NCBI GenBank assembly: GCA_964399865.1
Contig: CAYNRJ010000001.1
Location: 138,050 to 202,049 of the forward strand
Source: an uncultured Candidatus Saccharibacteria bacterium
GTDB taxonomy: Bacteria > Patescibacteriota > Minisyncoccia > Phycocordibacterales > UBA2100
Direction of reading: 5' to 3'
Length of the DNA stretch: 64,000 nt
The translations under genes were made by a program, and so were the position numbers. The notes beneath the pieces were generated by a model. The model searched no databases and had not been told where the DNA came from. It was given only the letters and a program-made list of their open reading frames with translations. This document shows positions 21,586-29,097 of this stretch, in pieces. Each line of letters begins with the position of its first letter. Positions within the stretch are counted from its first letter, which is position 1.

Positions 21586-21608
21586 CCTTGGAATCGATCG
21601 TCGGATGA

Positions 21609-22115
21609 CTAATCGTGGACTACTTCATCCCCAGATGAAGGTGACACGGGGGGAGTCACGACCGCTAGAAGCGCCCCGAAGTGGTTGTGCTCCGGGTTGT
21701 TGATGACGACTAGATCCCGCCACGCATCACCGAAGTCGGCCTTCAGTTGACCGACAACGTCCTCCATCGTTACGGGTGGTTCTTGGGCCAAGTACAGCCT
21801 CACGCCTTCACCGTTCCACGCGAGCATCTTCTTGAGCAAGATGTCCCTGGCCTCCACTCGACCAGGGTGCCTCTGACTCGCCCCGATAGAGAACTGAACC
21901 ACCTTACCATCGAGAGCTTGCATGATGAGGGCTGGCATATTCGGGACGAACCTCCGGAGACCGGCCGCACTGACGAAGACGCCTCCTCGTCTTCCCTGGA
22001 TCATACGAAGGTCCTTCGGCGCATTGCCACGAGCATCGTAGGGATCCATGATGAACCCGTAGCCGTCGTTGATTCGACGAAGAGTCCCCGTGTAGATCGT
22101 TGGATCGTTATCCAT
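21609..22115 (-). CDS. Divergent cold-shock-domain (OB-fold) protein
   Basis: TG....DGYGFI (RNP-1), VFVS (RNP-2), VQFSI...GRVEARDI; start 22115 or 22145. Confidence 0.65.
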   Translation of the reverse strand: MDNDPTIYTGTLRRINDGYGFIMDPYDARGNAPKDLRMIQGRRGGVFVSAAGLRRFVPNMPALIMQALDGKVVQFSIGASQRHPGRVEARDILLKKMLAWNGEGVRLYLAQEPPVTMEDVVGQLKADFGDAWRDLVVINNPEHNHFGALLAVVTPPVSPSSGDEVVHD

Positions 22116-22421
22116 CGCAATTACCTTGTGGCCTTGACCATACATCCTGAAAGAGCGACCTTCTCCTCCAGGACTCTTAAACACCGTCGCGGCGTTCAAG
22201 ACACTGGAGGAAATCAGAAAGTATTCAATTTCATATGACATTAAAAGTCAACACGAAAGGGAAGTCTCTCCCCTGGCAATACTTTTCAAAGAGGGGAGAC
22301 GGAATATACTTTACTTGTGCTCGAGCGGGATGATGCTGTCTCATTGCCGCGGCGGGCACCCTTCCCCAACTTGTCTCCCTCAGGAGCGGGACCTCCTGTA
22401 GGCTCAGACAAAACCTCGCCT

Positions 22422-22450
22422 TCATTACTAGGGCGAGGTTCTGTTATTTT
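22422..22450 (+). terminator. Intrinsic terminator
   Basis: AACCTCGCC...GGCGAGGTT stem then CTGTTATTTT. Confidence 0.65.
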
Positions 22451-22693
22451 AAGATCTAGACTATCTTCCATTAATAATGCATAGTATTTCCTAGCCAACC
22501 GTGGATCATACTACCTACCCCTTAGGAGCGGGTTCACGGGACAGAACAATAAGCAATAAGGATCCAGCGCAGCACGCCCTGTCTGCGACTGTTTGGCCAC
22601 CTTTCCTTGGATCTTCACACCCAAGGACCGCCCCGCAAACCCGACCGCCATCGGGAGCGGGGCTCTTTTCTTATAAGTGATATAGTCTTAGAC

Positions 22694-22981
22694 ATGCCAA
22701 GACAATTCGACTTTACAAACGGCCCCGACAAGATTTTCGTGGAGGCAACTAACACTGCAATAGGTCCAGGAAGGCTTCTTCTTGCAATGCATTCTGGTGA
22801 GAATGCTCACGTATTCGTCTTTGATATAAATCATGCAAAACAACTCAGCAGACTTTTAACCCAGAATGTTGAACATTACGAAAAGCAGTTCGGACCAGTT
22901 GATGGCCGACTTCCAACAGAACCTCTACCAACTCCGTTCAAATATAACGACGACGGAAAAGATTCCGGTGCTAATAAATAA
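22694..22981 (+). CDS. Small hypothetical protein (DUF3467-like)
   Basis: HAKQL.RLL.QNV..YEKQFG.V pattern; TATAGT 7 nt upstream of ATG. Confidence 0.7.
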   Translation: MPRQFDFTNGPDKIFVEATNTAIGPGRLLLAMHSGENAHVFVFDINHAKQLSRLLTQNVEHYEKQFGPVDGRLPTEPLPTPFKYNDDGKDSGANK

Positions 22982-23016
22982 TAAGGAGAAATATCGGTCG
23001 TAGATACTAACAAGGG

Positions 23017-23046
23017 GTCCCTGGGCGGCATTTGTCGCCCAGGGAT
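23017..23046. terminator. Hairpin terminator between convergent genes
   Basis: TCCCTGGGCG...CGCCCAGGGA stem. Confidence 0.65.
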
Positions 23047-23071
23047 TTGCGGGACTTGGCAGAAACAGGAT

Positions 23072-23359
23072 TCACTTCTTCTTCCTGCTTTCAGCGTCGA
23101 GCTTCACTACGCCCAACTTTTCACCCACCTCGAGCGCAATTTCGAGAGCGCCGAAGACGGGCGTGCCGACGAGATCATCGACAGCGTGAGTGACCAGAGC
23201 CGGGCCATGCGTCATCAACGCTTTCCCGACCACAGGACCAAGCTTGATTGGCGTCTTGGTATTCGACGTACCGTCTCCAGATGACTTCGGCTGCTCCTTC
23301 GAGACTTCCTGAACAACCGCCACCGCGATCATCACCGCAATTGGGAGAAGAAAAATCAT
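23072..23359 (-). CDS. Orphan protein with N-terminal hydrophobic segment
   Basis: TTGACA-type promoter, AAGGCGG SD-like site, downstream hairpin. Confidence 0.65.
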   Translation of the reverse strand: MIFLLPIAVMIAVAVVQEVSKEQPKSSGDGTSNTKTPIKLGPVVGKALMTHGPALVTHAVDDLVGTPVFGALEIALEVGEKLGVVKLDAESRKKK

Positions 23360-23839
23360 CCGCGTACCGCCTTCTGTAAGAGCACGCTACGACCTTGTAG
23401 CAATTAATAGTGTTCCTACTCCAATAAAATGTCAAAGGCAGGGAAGTCAAACCCCAATTTTTTGAGATCCGAGTCCCCTGATCTAATAGCCTTTAAACGT
23501 AGGGGATTTAACAGAGACTCAAGTCCCCCAGGTCAAAAAAACCACTTTTAGGGCAGGAGAGTCGACCTCGTCCGAGAACCCAAGCATCTTGGCCACGAGA
23601 TAAGAAAAAAGACACACCCGAGATTTGGGGAATCGTAGAAACTCAATGAGAAAGGCCATTCAGATTGGTATGCACTTGGTACCATAAACAGCATGCAAAA
23701 TGCACTACAGAGGCATACAAGGCCGCTGCAGGAGGCCATAAGGATTGAGGTCCTGGGGCGGTAAAACCTGGTATAGGTGACGTAAAACAAAGATTGTGCG
23801 ACACCCCGAGATGTCCATTCCCCAGATATTACACAATAG

Positions 23840-23848
23840 TTATCCACA
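23840..23848 (+). promoter_or_regulatory. Consensus DnaA box inside a - strand promoter
   Basis: TTATCCACA, 4 nt from a - strand TTGACA (23853-23858). Confidence 0.55.
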
Positions 23849-24201
23849 GGTGTGTCAATACCCTCCCTTCATATAGTTTAGCTACTAATATTTTCTTATA
23901 AAAATATTTTTATCACGCAGATTGTAAAAAAGGGAGTTGAAAAAATGATGTGAAAAAGAGAGGAGAAAAGAGCGACTTGATAAGAGGTCCCCTGCCCCGG
24001 GGTGATATATGCGGTTTTTTTCACGAAAATGGTTGGGGATCAAATCTGCACTCCAGAAATTAATCTGGTATTTTGATTTAGATGCTCTTGAAAGGAAGTT
24101 TGGAAAAATTCTCATCAATATGAGAGTTTACTCCGATCCTCTTTCAGGGATATAGATCTTGAAAGATTCATTAATATACGTTATTGCGACCTCCTTACTT
24201 C

Positions 24202-25041
24202 TCATTTAAAAACTTTTGCCTGTAATATTTTTTCCGCCTCTGTATTGATGGTTTTTAAGAAAGTTCCAAAATTTTCTACGTTAACCACATCAATTAGGAA
24301 ATAATCGTCGCTAGTGCTGACTTTTCCTTTATCGGGGTAGACGTAATTTGTCTCAATTAAAAAATTGTTATCAATGGGTTTTGTGGTTGCTTTACTTACA
24401 TCGTCTTCTGCTACCACTTCTTTCAGGTTCTCAAAATTCCCACAAACAATTATTGGATAGCGCATTATTGATCCTTTAGTCTCTCGGTGGACATTAAACT
24501 TATGGAAAATTGGACCATCTGCCCATTGTTCGTAATAGACCAACGCCCTTAGACACTGACTAATTGCCTTATAGACCACATCTTCAGCGCCATGGACTGT
24601 AGAAAATAGTTTGGCTGCACGAGAATCTTGAAGATAATGCAGATCCCCATTAGAAATATCTGCGCCACCGCGTCCTGCAGAAAGAAGCCACAAACCTGTC
24701 TTAGACTCTAGAGCCTCAGTTAGTTTCTTTTGATTTATTTGATCGAACCAAACCAGGAACTCACTATTTATATATTTGCACTCAATAAAAAGTTGAATGT
24801 TCAATTGATGAGTTGATTCACTTCCAAAAGGCGCTGAATTAAATCGTTTCTCGGCGATAATATCTATCTCCTTCACTTGATCACCCACATTATCGTAATA
24901 GTAGGAGCTGACATTTATTGACCATCCATCGTTTTTAAGTGCCTGCACAGTCTTGAGATGAGTAATCATCCCACTCTTCTTAAAAATGTCGTCAGTTTTA
25001 GATAGGTTTTTGTCTCCTGTCAGTTTTTGCTTATCTCCCAT
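24202..25041 (-). CDS. AT-rich hypothetical protein, PD-(D/E)XK nuclease-like
   Basis: KEIDIIAEK ... FIECK motif; visibly lower GC than flanks. Confidence 0.7.
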   Translation of the reverse strand: MGDKQKLTGDKNLSKTDDIFKKSGMITHLKTVQALKNDGWSINVSSYYYDNVGDQVKEIDIIAEKRFNSAPFGSESTHQLNIQLFIECKYINSEFLVWFDQINQKKLTEALESKTGLWLLSAGRGGADISNGDLHYLQDSRAAKLFSTVHGAEDVVYKAISQCLRALVYYEQWADGPIFHKFNVHRETKGSIMRYPIIVCGNFENLKEVVAEDDVSKATTKPIDNNFLIETNYVYPDKGKVSTSDDYFLIDVVNVENFGTFLKTINTEAEKILQAKVFK

Positions 25042-25109
25042 CCATCAAGCATCCTCCTATTCAAATCCCCTGTCAATGGAATTTAGGAGGTGTATTATTC
25101 AGTAGAATT

Positions 25110-25445
25110 ATGGCTTTTAAGCTTTTTATAGCCTTCTTGGTTGCGCTTGGTGGACTTCTCGTAGCTCTCGTCTTTTTGCTATTTACTATGGGATTTTGGT
25201 TTTTAGCTATGCCCTTTTATCATCAGTGCAATAAGGTTCAATCGGGCATGTCTACGGTGGAAGCGCAGCAGATAATGGCAAAGTATCTCGATAATCCGCG
25301 TGTACACATCTCACAGGAGTGGGGGCAAGATATGTCAGCACCGAGTGGCCATGGAATGTATATGAGCACCAAGGAGCTCGATATGCGCTGTATTATTTTC
25401 TATGAGGGCGACAAAGTATCTATAACGCAATTCTGGTACGACTAA
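25110..25445 (+). CDS. Hypothetical membrane-anchored protein
   Basis: Long N-terminal TM, VQSGMS..EA (SmpA/OmlA-like) segment. Confidence 0.7.
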   Translation: MAFKLFIAFLVALGGLLVALVFLLFTMGFWFLAMPFYHQCNKVQSGMSTVEAQQIMAKYLDNPRVHISQEWGQDMSAPSGHGMYMSTKELDMRCIIFYEGDKVSITQFWYD

Positions 25446-25541
25446 CTCCCTCCCCCATACAGGGAGATTTATTTATTTTTTTGTAGTACAGTGCCGCCGT
25501 CTGGAGCTGTTCCAGATTCCTAGAGAAAGAGGACGTAGACA

Positions 25542-25811
25542 GTGAGCAACGAGCCCGAAATGAGGCCTGCCGAGAAGCTCTTGGGCGTCGAGGGGTTCTT
25601 CACACAAATTGCCCTTGATCGTCTCGCTCCTAAGTTTGGGGATGCCTTCCTGGAGTACAAGCGAGCTTTCGGTCCAGGTCTTCCCAGTACAGGTCCGGCA
25701 CTATCTAGAGCCTTGAAGGATCTCGATTGCTTTGCCGAAATGCACAGCGACGTGATCGAAAGACTCTACCAGCTCGCGCTAAAGACAATACGGGAATTCC
25801 ACAGCGAATAG
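25542..25811 (+). CDS. Orphan protein
   Basis: GTG start after AGAGGA, 5' hairpin, downstream terminator. Confidence 0.6.
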   Translation: MSNEPEMRPAEKLLGVEGFFTQIALDRLAPKFGDAFLEYKRAFGPGLPSTGPALSRALKDLDCFAEMHSDVIERLYQLALKTIREFHSE

Positions 25812-25850
25812 GAATTCTTCGCAGAGCATCGGTGCTGACCACCACAACAA

Positions 25851-25876
25851 GGCCCGTCCCTAGTGGACGGGCCGCT
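25851..25876 (+). terminator. Terminator hairpin
   Basis: GGCCCGTCC-ctagt-GGACGGGCC. Confidence 0.7.
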
Positions 25877-25970
25877 CTCATTTATTTGTTTTGAGTATGT
25901 AAATGAAAAGGGACGTCCCACCGACTGCGTGTGCAGTGGATCGAACGTCCCTTTGCCCTCTACCCGCCTA

Positions 25971-26150
25971 TTATGCGGGAGCTTCAGGTGTTTGTGCGGA
26001 TTCCTCAGTCGGATGCAAGGCCCTTTCAATGATGTCGCTCAGGGCCTTCCCGCCGAAGATGGCACCAACCACGACTACTACGACCACGAGAGCACCAACT
26101 AGGACGTACGTGACCATTCGATGTCCGCCCTGAACATTGCGATCGCTCAT
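25971..26150 (-). CDS. 59-aa Flp/type IVb pilin-like membrane protein (not in ORF track)
   Basis: AGGAGGAG SD; MSDRNVQGG|HRMVTYVLVGALVVVVVVVGAIFGGKALSDII...; TAA TAG stop; downstream hairpin. Confidence 0.7.
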   Translation of the reverse strand: MSDRNVQGGHRMVTYVLVGALVVVVVVVGAIFGGKALSDIIERALHPTEESAQTPEAPA

Positions 26151-26287
26151 TGGATCTCCTCCTTGGCTTGAGCGGCCAATACTATATCCCCTCCTTCCCT
26201 ATTGGGGAAGAATATTTAAATCACTGGACAATCGGTGGTAAAAGTGTTTTAATCCTGTTCGCTTCAACCCGAACCGGAGATGCGCAC

Positions 26288-26776
26288 ATGCGCTTTTTCA
26301 TTACTGCTCTTTCCTTCTTCATTCTGACTGCCTCTACCGCGAACGCGCAGGACTACAACGCGGTTGCCGAGGAGGCCGCCGCTTGTCGCAGTCGCATCGC
26401 GGAAACCGGACTGCATGCGCCGTGGAACTGCCATGATCCTCTCCCCACGACGCTCCGAGAGGCAATCCAGTATCAGATGGAGTACCTGCCTGCCGACAAC
26501 ATCGGATACACGACGGGACATGACAACCCGGCGTGCGATGCGCTCGTGCGGGCAGGGTTCGCGCCCTGCAACTTCAACACGCGGGGCGTTCTCGCTGGGT
26601 TCCTGGCCATGTACGGCAAGGACCTGTTCCCGACCGATTACAACTTCGGCCCGGGGGGCACCGCTTACTACGGCACGGCGGAGCAGAACCTGGCGCTGAT
26701 CGCGGCGATCGAGCGTAACGCCGCGCTCTTCTCGGATGGTGATCTCACCGCCGAGGAGGTCCAGCTCTGGGAGTAG
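26288..26776 (+). CDS. Secreted orphan protein
   Basis: GGAG SD, signal peptide ending ANA|Q, GC-rich codons, YYGTAEQNLALI motif. Confidence 0.8.
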   Translation: MRFFITALSFFILTASTANAQDYNAVAEEAAACRSRIAETGLHAPWNCHDPLPTTLREAIQYQMEYLPADNIGYTTGHDNPACDALVRAGFAPCNFNTRGVLAGFLAMYGKDLFPTDYNFGPGGTAYYGTAEQNLALIAAIERNAALFSDGDLTAEEVQLWE

Positions 26777-26805
26777 CAGTCACTACTCGCGCGTGACATC
26801 AAACA

Positions 26806-26840
26806 GGCCCTTCCCCTCGCGGGAAGGGCCGCTTACTTTT
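26806..26840 (+). terminator. Terminator hairpin
   Basis: GGCCCTTCCC-ctcgc-GGGAAGGGCC then T-rich tract. Confidence 0.75.
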
Positions 26841-26861
26841 CCAACTTTGAAAAAGCGAAAT

Positions 26862-27617
26862 TTATTGTTTGTTCGTCACCTTCTCAAACGCACGAAGCAC
26901 TTCAAGCGGCACCGCAAATACAACAGTATTGGACTGGTCCGATGAGATGTCGTTGATTGATTGGAGTGTGCGAAGGTGGAGTGCGCCAGGAGAAGCGGCG
27001 AGCATTTCCGCAGCCTTTGCCATGTTGGCAGCGGAAGCGACTTCACCCTCAGCTTTAATGATGACAGAGCGTTTTTCACGTTCTGCCTCTGCCTGCTTTG
27101 CGATAGTACGTTCCATGTCAGCAGCGAGCGCGATGTCTTTTAATTCAACGTTGGACACTTTAATACCCCACGGATCGGACGCCTCGTCTACAACAGAGCG
27201 AATGCGTTCAGAGATCTTGTCACGCGCCGCGAGCAGCTCATCGAGTTCTACTTCACCTACCGCATTTCGCATCGTTGTCTGAGCAAGCTGACTCATGGCG
27301 TAAATAAAATCTTCAACTTCGAGAATTGCTTTCGCAGCATCGGTCACTCGGTAGTAGATAACTGCGTTCACACCCACAGAAATGTTGTCTTTCGTGATCG
27401 CCTTCTGCTCCGGTACATCGACAGCTTTCACGCGCATGTCGACTTTCTTAAGCTGTTGGAATATCGGAATAACGAGTCTCCAGCCTGGTTCTTTGATACC
27501 GGTAAAGCGACCCATGAGGAACATAACTCCCCTCTGGTACTGGTTAATCTGCCTCAAGACGACAACAAGGATAACAATGATCACCGCTATGACGCCCAAA
27601 ATTGTGAAGATATCCAT
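26862..27617 (-). CDS. SPFH/band-7 (stomatin-like) protein
   Basis: VDMRV...DVP.Q..ITKDN, LAQTTMR..VG..ELDELL, QAEAERE.R. Confidence 0.95.
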   Translation of the reverse strand: MDIFTILGVIAVIIVILVVVLRQINQYQRGVMFLMGRFTGIKEPGWRLVIPIFQQLKKVDMRVKAVDVPEQKAITKDNISVGVNAVIYYRVTDAAKAILEVEDFIYAMSQLAQTTMRNAVGEVELDELLAARDKISERIRSVVDEASDPWGIKVSNVELKDIALAADMERTIAKQAEAEREKRSVIIKAEGEVASAANMAKAAEMLAASPGALHLRTLQSINDISSDQSNTVVFAVPLEVLRAFEKVTNKQ

Positions 27618-27640
27618 ATATGTCCTTTATATACTAAAAG

Positions 27641-28231
27641 TTACTTCCACGGTAGTTCGAATTGCATGAATTCTGGAAGAAGTTTCCTGCCGTACAGAAG
27701 GCGCGAGATGACTTCTGCATGAGAGAGTGCCCCCGTGAGTGCGTTGTGTGGCATTGGTTCCTCCGGAATACCCACATAATTGAGAACAGCGTCGAGATTA
27801 AGTGCGGAACGCTTGTGTAAGACCGGCGGCTGCTTGCCGTGGATCACCATGTGCATGTAGCAAAGGGTATGTACGTCGATTGTGCGATATGCGAATGGCC
27901 AGTCAGTGTGCCCTGCGCGATGAGCAGCGGCTTTAAGGAAATCACGATCGAAAGAAACGTTCTGCCCGGCGAGAGTTCTCTCTTCTAGACCCTCACTCCA
28001 TGCCAAAAATGAATGTGTCAGGTCCCCTTCTGTCTTCTTATTCGGATCGGTGATCTCTGCCTCTGTAAAACCATTCACTCCAAGAGCTTCCGGCATTATA
28101 TGAGCGCCATCCCATATCCGGCACTCCTCGTAATAGCGGTTTGTGGGGTTCTTAAGGTCGAGAGCGCCCACAGACACTATGGAGTGCTTTGAGGGCTCTG
28201 TTCCTGATGCTTCTACGTCTACGATTAACAT
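27641..28231 (-). CDS. DEDDh 3'-5' exonuclease
   Basis: VDVEASG, GQNVSFD, HNAL motifs. Confidence 0.88.
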   Translation of the reverse strand: MLIVDVEASGTEPSKHSIVSVGALDLKNPTNRYYEECRIWDGAHIMPEALGVNGFTEAEITDPNKKTEGDLTHSFLAWSEGLEERTLAGQNVSFDRDFLKAAAHRAGHTDWPFAYRTIDVHTLCYMHMVIHGKQPPVLHKRSALNLDAVLNYVGIPEEPMPHNALTGALSHAEVISRLLYGRKLLPEFMQFELPWK

Positions 28232-28318
28232 AGGGCTTAGTATATAGGCATTACGCCATATCCCCTAGCTCCCTACCCCTTGATTTATAGGGTTATTTCG
28301 TGTATTCTTGGCTTTCTT

Positions 28319-28591
28319 ATGGCACATACAAAAGCCGGAGGTTCGGCGAAAAACCTACGAGATTCCAATCCGAAATACCTCGGCGTCAAGCGTGCTGATG
28401 GTCAGAAAGTAGTAACTGGTGAGATCATCGTCCGCCAGCGCGGTACGAAGGTCATGGCCGGCAAGAACATCGGTATCGGCAAAGACCACACTCTCTTCTC
28501 CCTCATCAACGGCACTGTAAAATTCAGCTCCAAGCGCAAGACAAACTACGACGGACGTTCTACGACCCGCCGAATGGTAACTGTAGTTTAA
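28319..28591 (+). CDS. rpmA: 50S ribosomal protein L27
   Basis: [36 protein letters not shown]. Confidence 0.98.
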   Translation: MAHTKAGGSAKNLRDSNPKYLGVKRADGQKVVTGEIIVRQRGTKVMAGKNIGIGKDHTLFSLINGTVKFSSKRKTNYDGRSTTRRMVTVV

Positions 28592-28620
28592 AAAAGCGCC
28601 CGAGAGGGCGTCTTTTTTTA
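28591..28620. terminator. Bidirectional terminator
   Basis: A-run, CGCCC-gaga-GGGCG, T-run between convergent rpmA and rplI. Confidence 0.8.
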
Positions 28621-29058
28621 TGCGGCTTTGATGACGACGGTAACGTGCGCCCGCACATTCCCGGAAGTGACAAGTATCTTGTGCTCCCCGACCTCTTTAA
28701 GAGTTTTTTCTAGTTGAATAGCTTCGAGTGGGATCTTAGTCCCCTGCCCTTCAAATGCGCGTGCGATATCTTTTGCCGCGAGAGCTTTAAATAGTCCGCC
28801 TTTTTCTGTCGCGCGTGCTTTTATTTCTACAGTTTTATTCTCTAGAGTTTGGATTGATTTTGTGAGCGCTTCCATTCGCTTTGCCTCTTCAGCTTCCTTT
28901 TGCTTGCGAGTCACTTCGTATGCCGCGATTCTCTCAGGAGTTGCCTGGACTGCTAGACCGCGAGCTATAAGCATGTTTTCCGCAAAGCCGTGTGACACTT
29001 CTTTCACGGTCCCCTGCTGACCCACCTTTGCTACGTCTTTTAGAAGGATTACTTTCAT
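28618..29058 (-). CDS. rplI: 50S ribosomal protein L9
   Basis: MKVILLKDV..VG..G.VKEVS.GFA.N.LI. Confidence 0.96.
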   Translation of the reverse strand: MKVILLKDVAKVGQQGTVKEVSHGFAENMLIARGLAVQATPERIAAYEVTRKQKEAEEAKRMEALTKSIQTLENKTVEIKARATEKGGLFKALAAKDIARAFEGQGTKIPLEAIQLEKTLKEVGEHKILVTSGNVRAHVTVVIKAA

Positions 29059-29097
29059 AGAGATAGGAGTATATCCGTCTTTTTGCTCTCAGGGAAG

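Noticed and set aside
21591-21604. 14-mer GAATCGATCGTCGG, also at 38251
   Set aside because: Opposite orientation relative to the adjacent genes, and built on CGATCG, which is frequent in this window; probably chance.
22310-22670. CsrB/RsmZ-like GGA repeats
   Set aside because: GGA density is only modestly raised, and several of the motifs lie in stems rather than loops.
23500-23530. XerD-like arm TGTTAAAT on -
   Set aside because: No matching XerC arm; better explained as part of a hairpin.
23545-23830. tmRNA, RNase P or SRP identity for the non-coding region
   Set aside because: Diagnostic terminal and core motifs are not convincingly present.
23840-23920. oriC (DnaA box plus AT-rich tract)
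   Set aside because: Single box, no dnaA/dnaN nearby, and gene orientation converges rather than diverges.
23897-24172. - strand frame interrupted only by TGA (possible code-25 or code-4 gene)
   Set aside because: TGA is a normal stop throughout the window and the translated product has no recognisable features.
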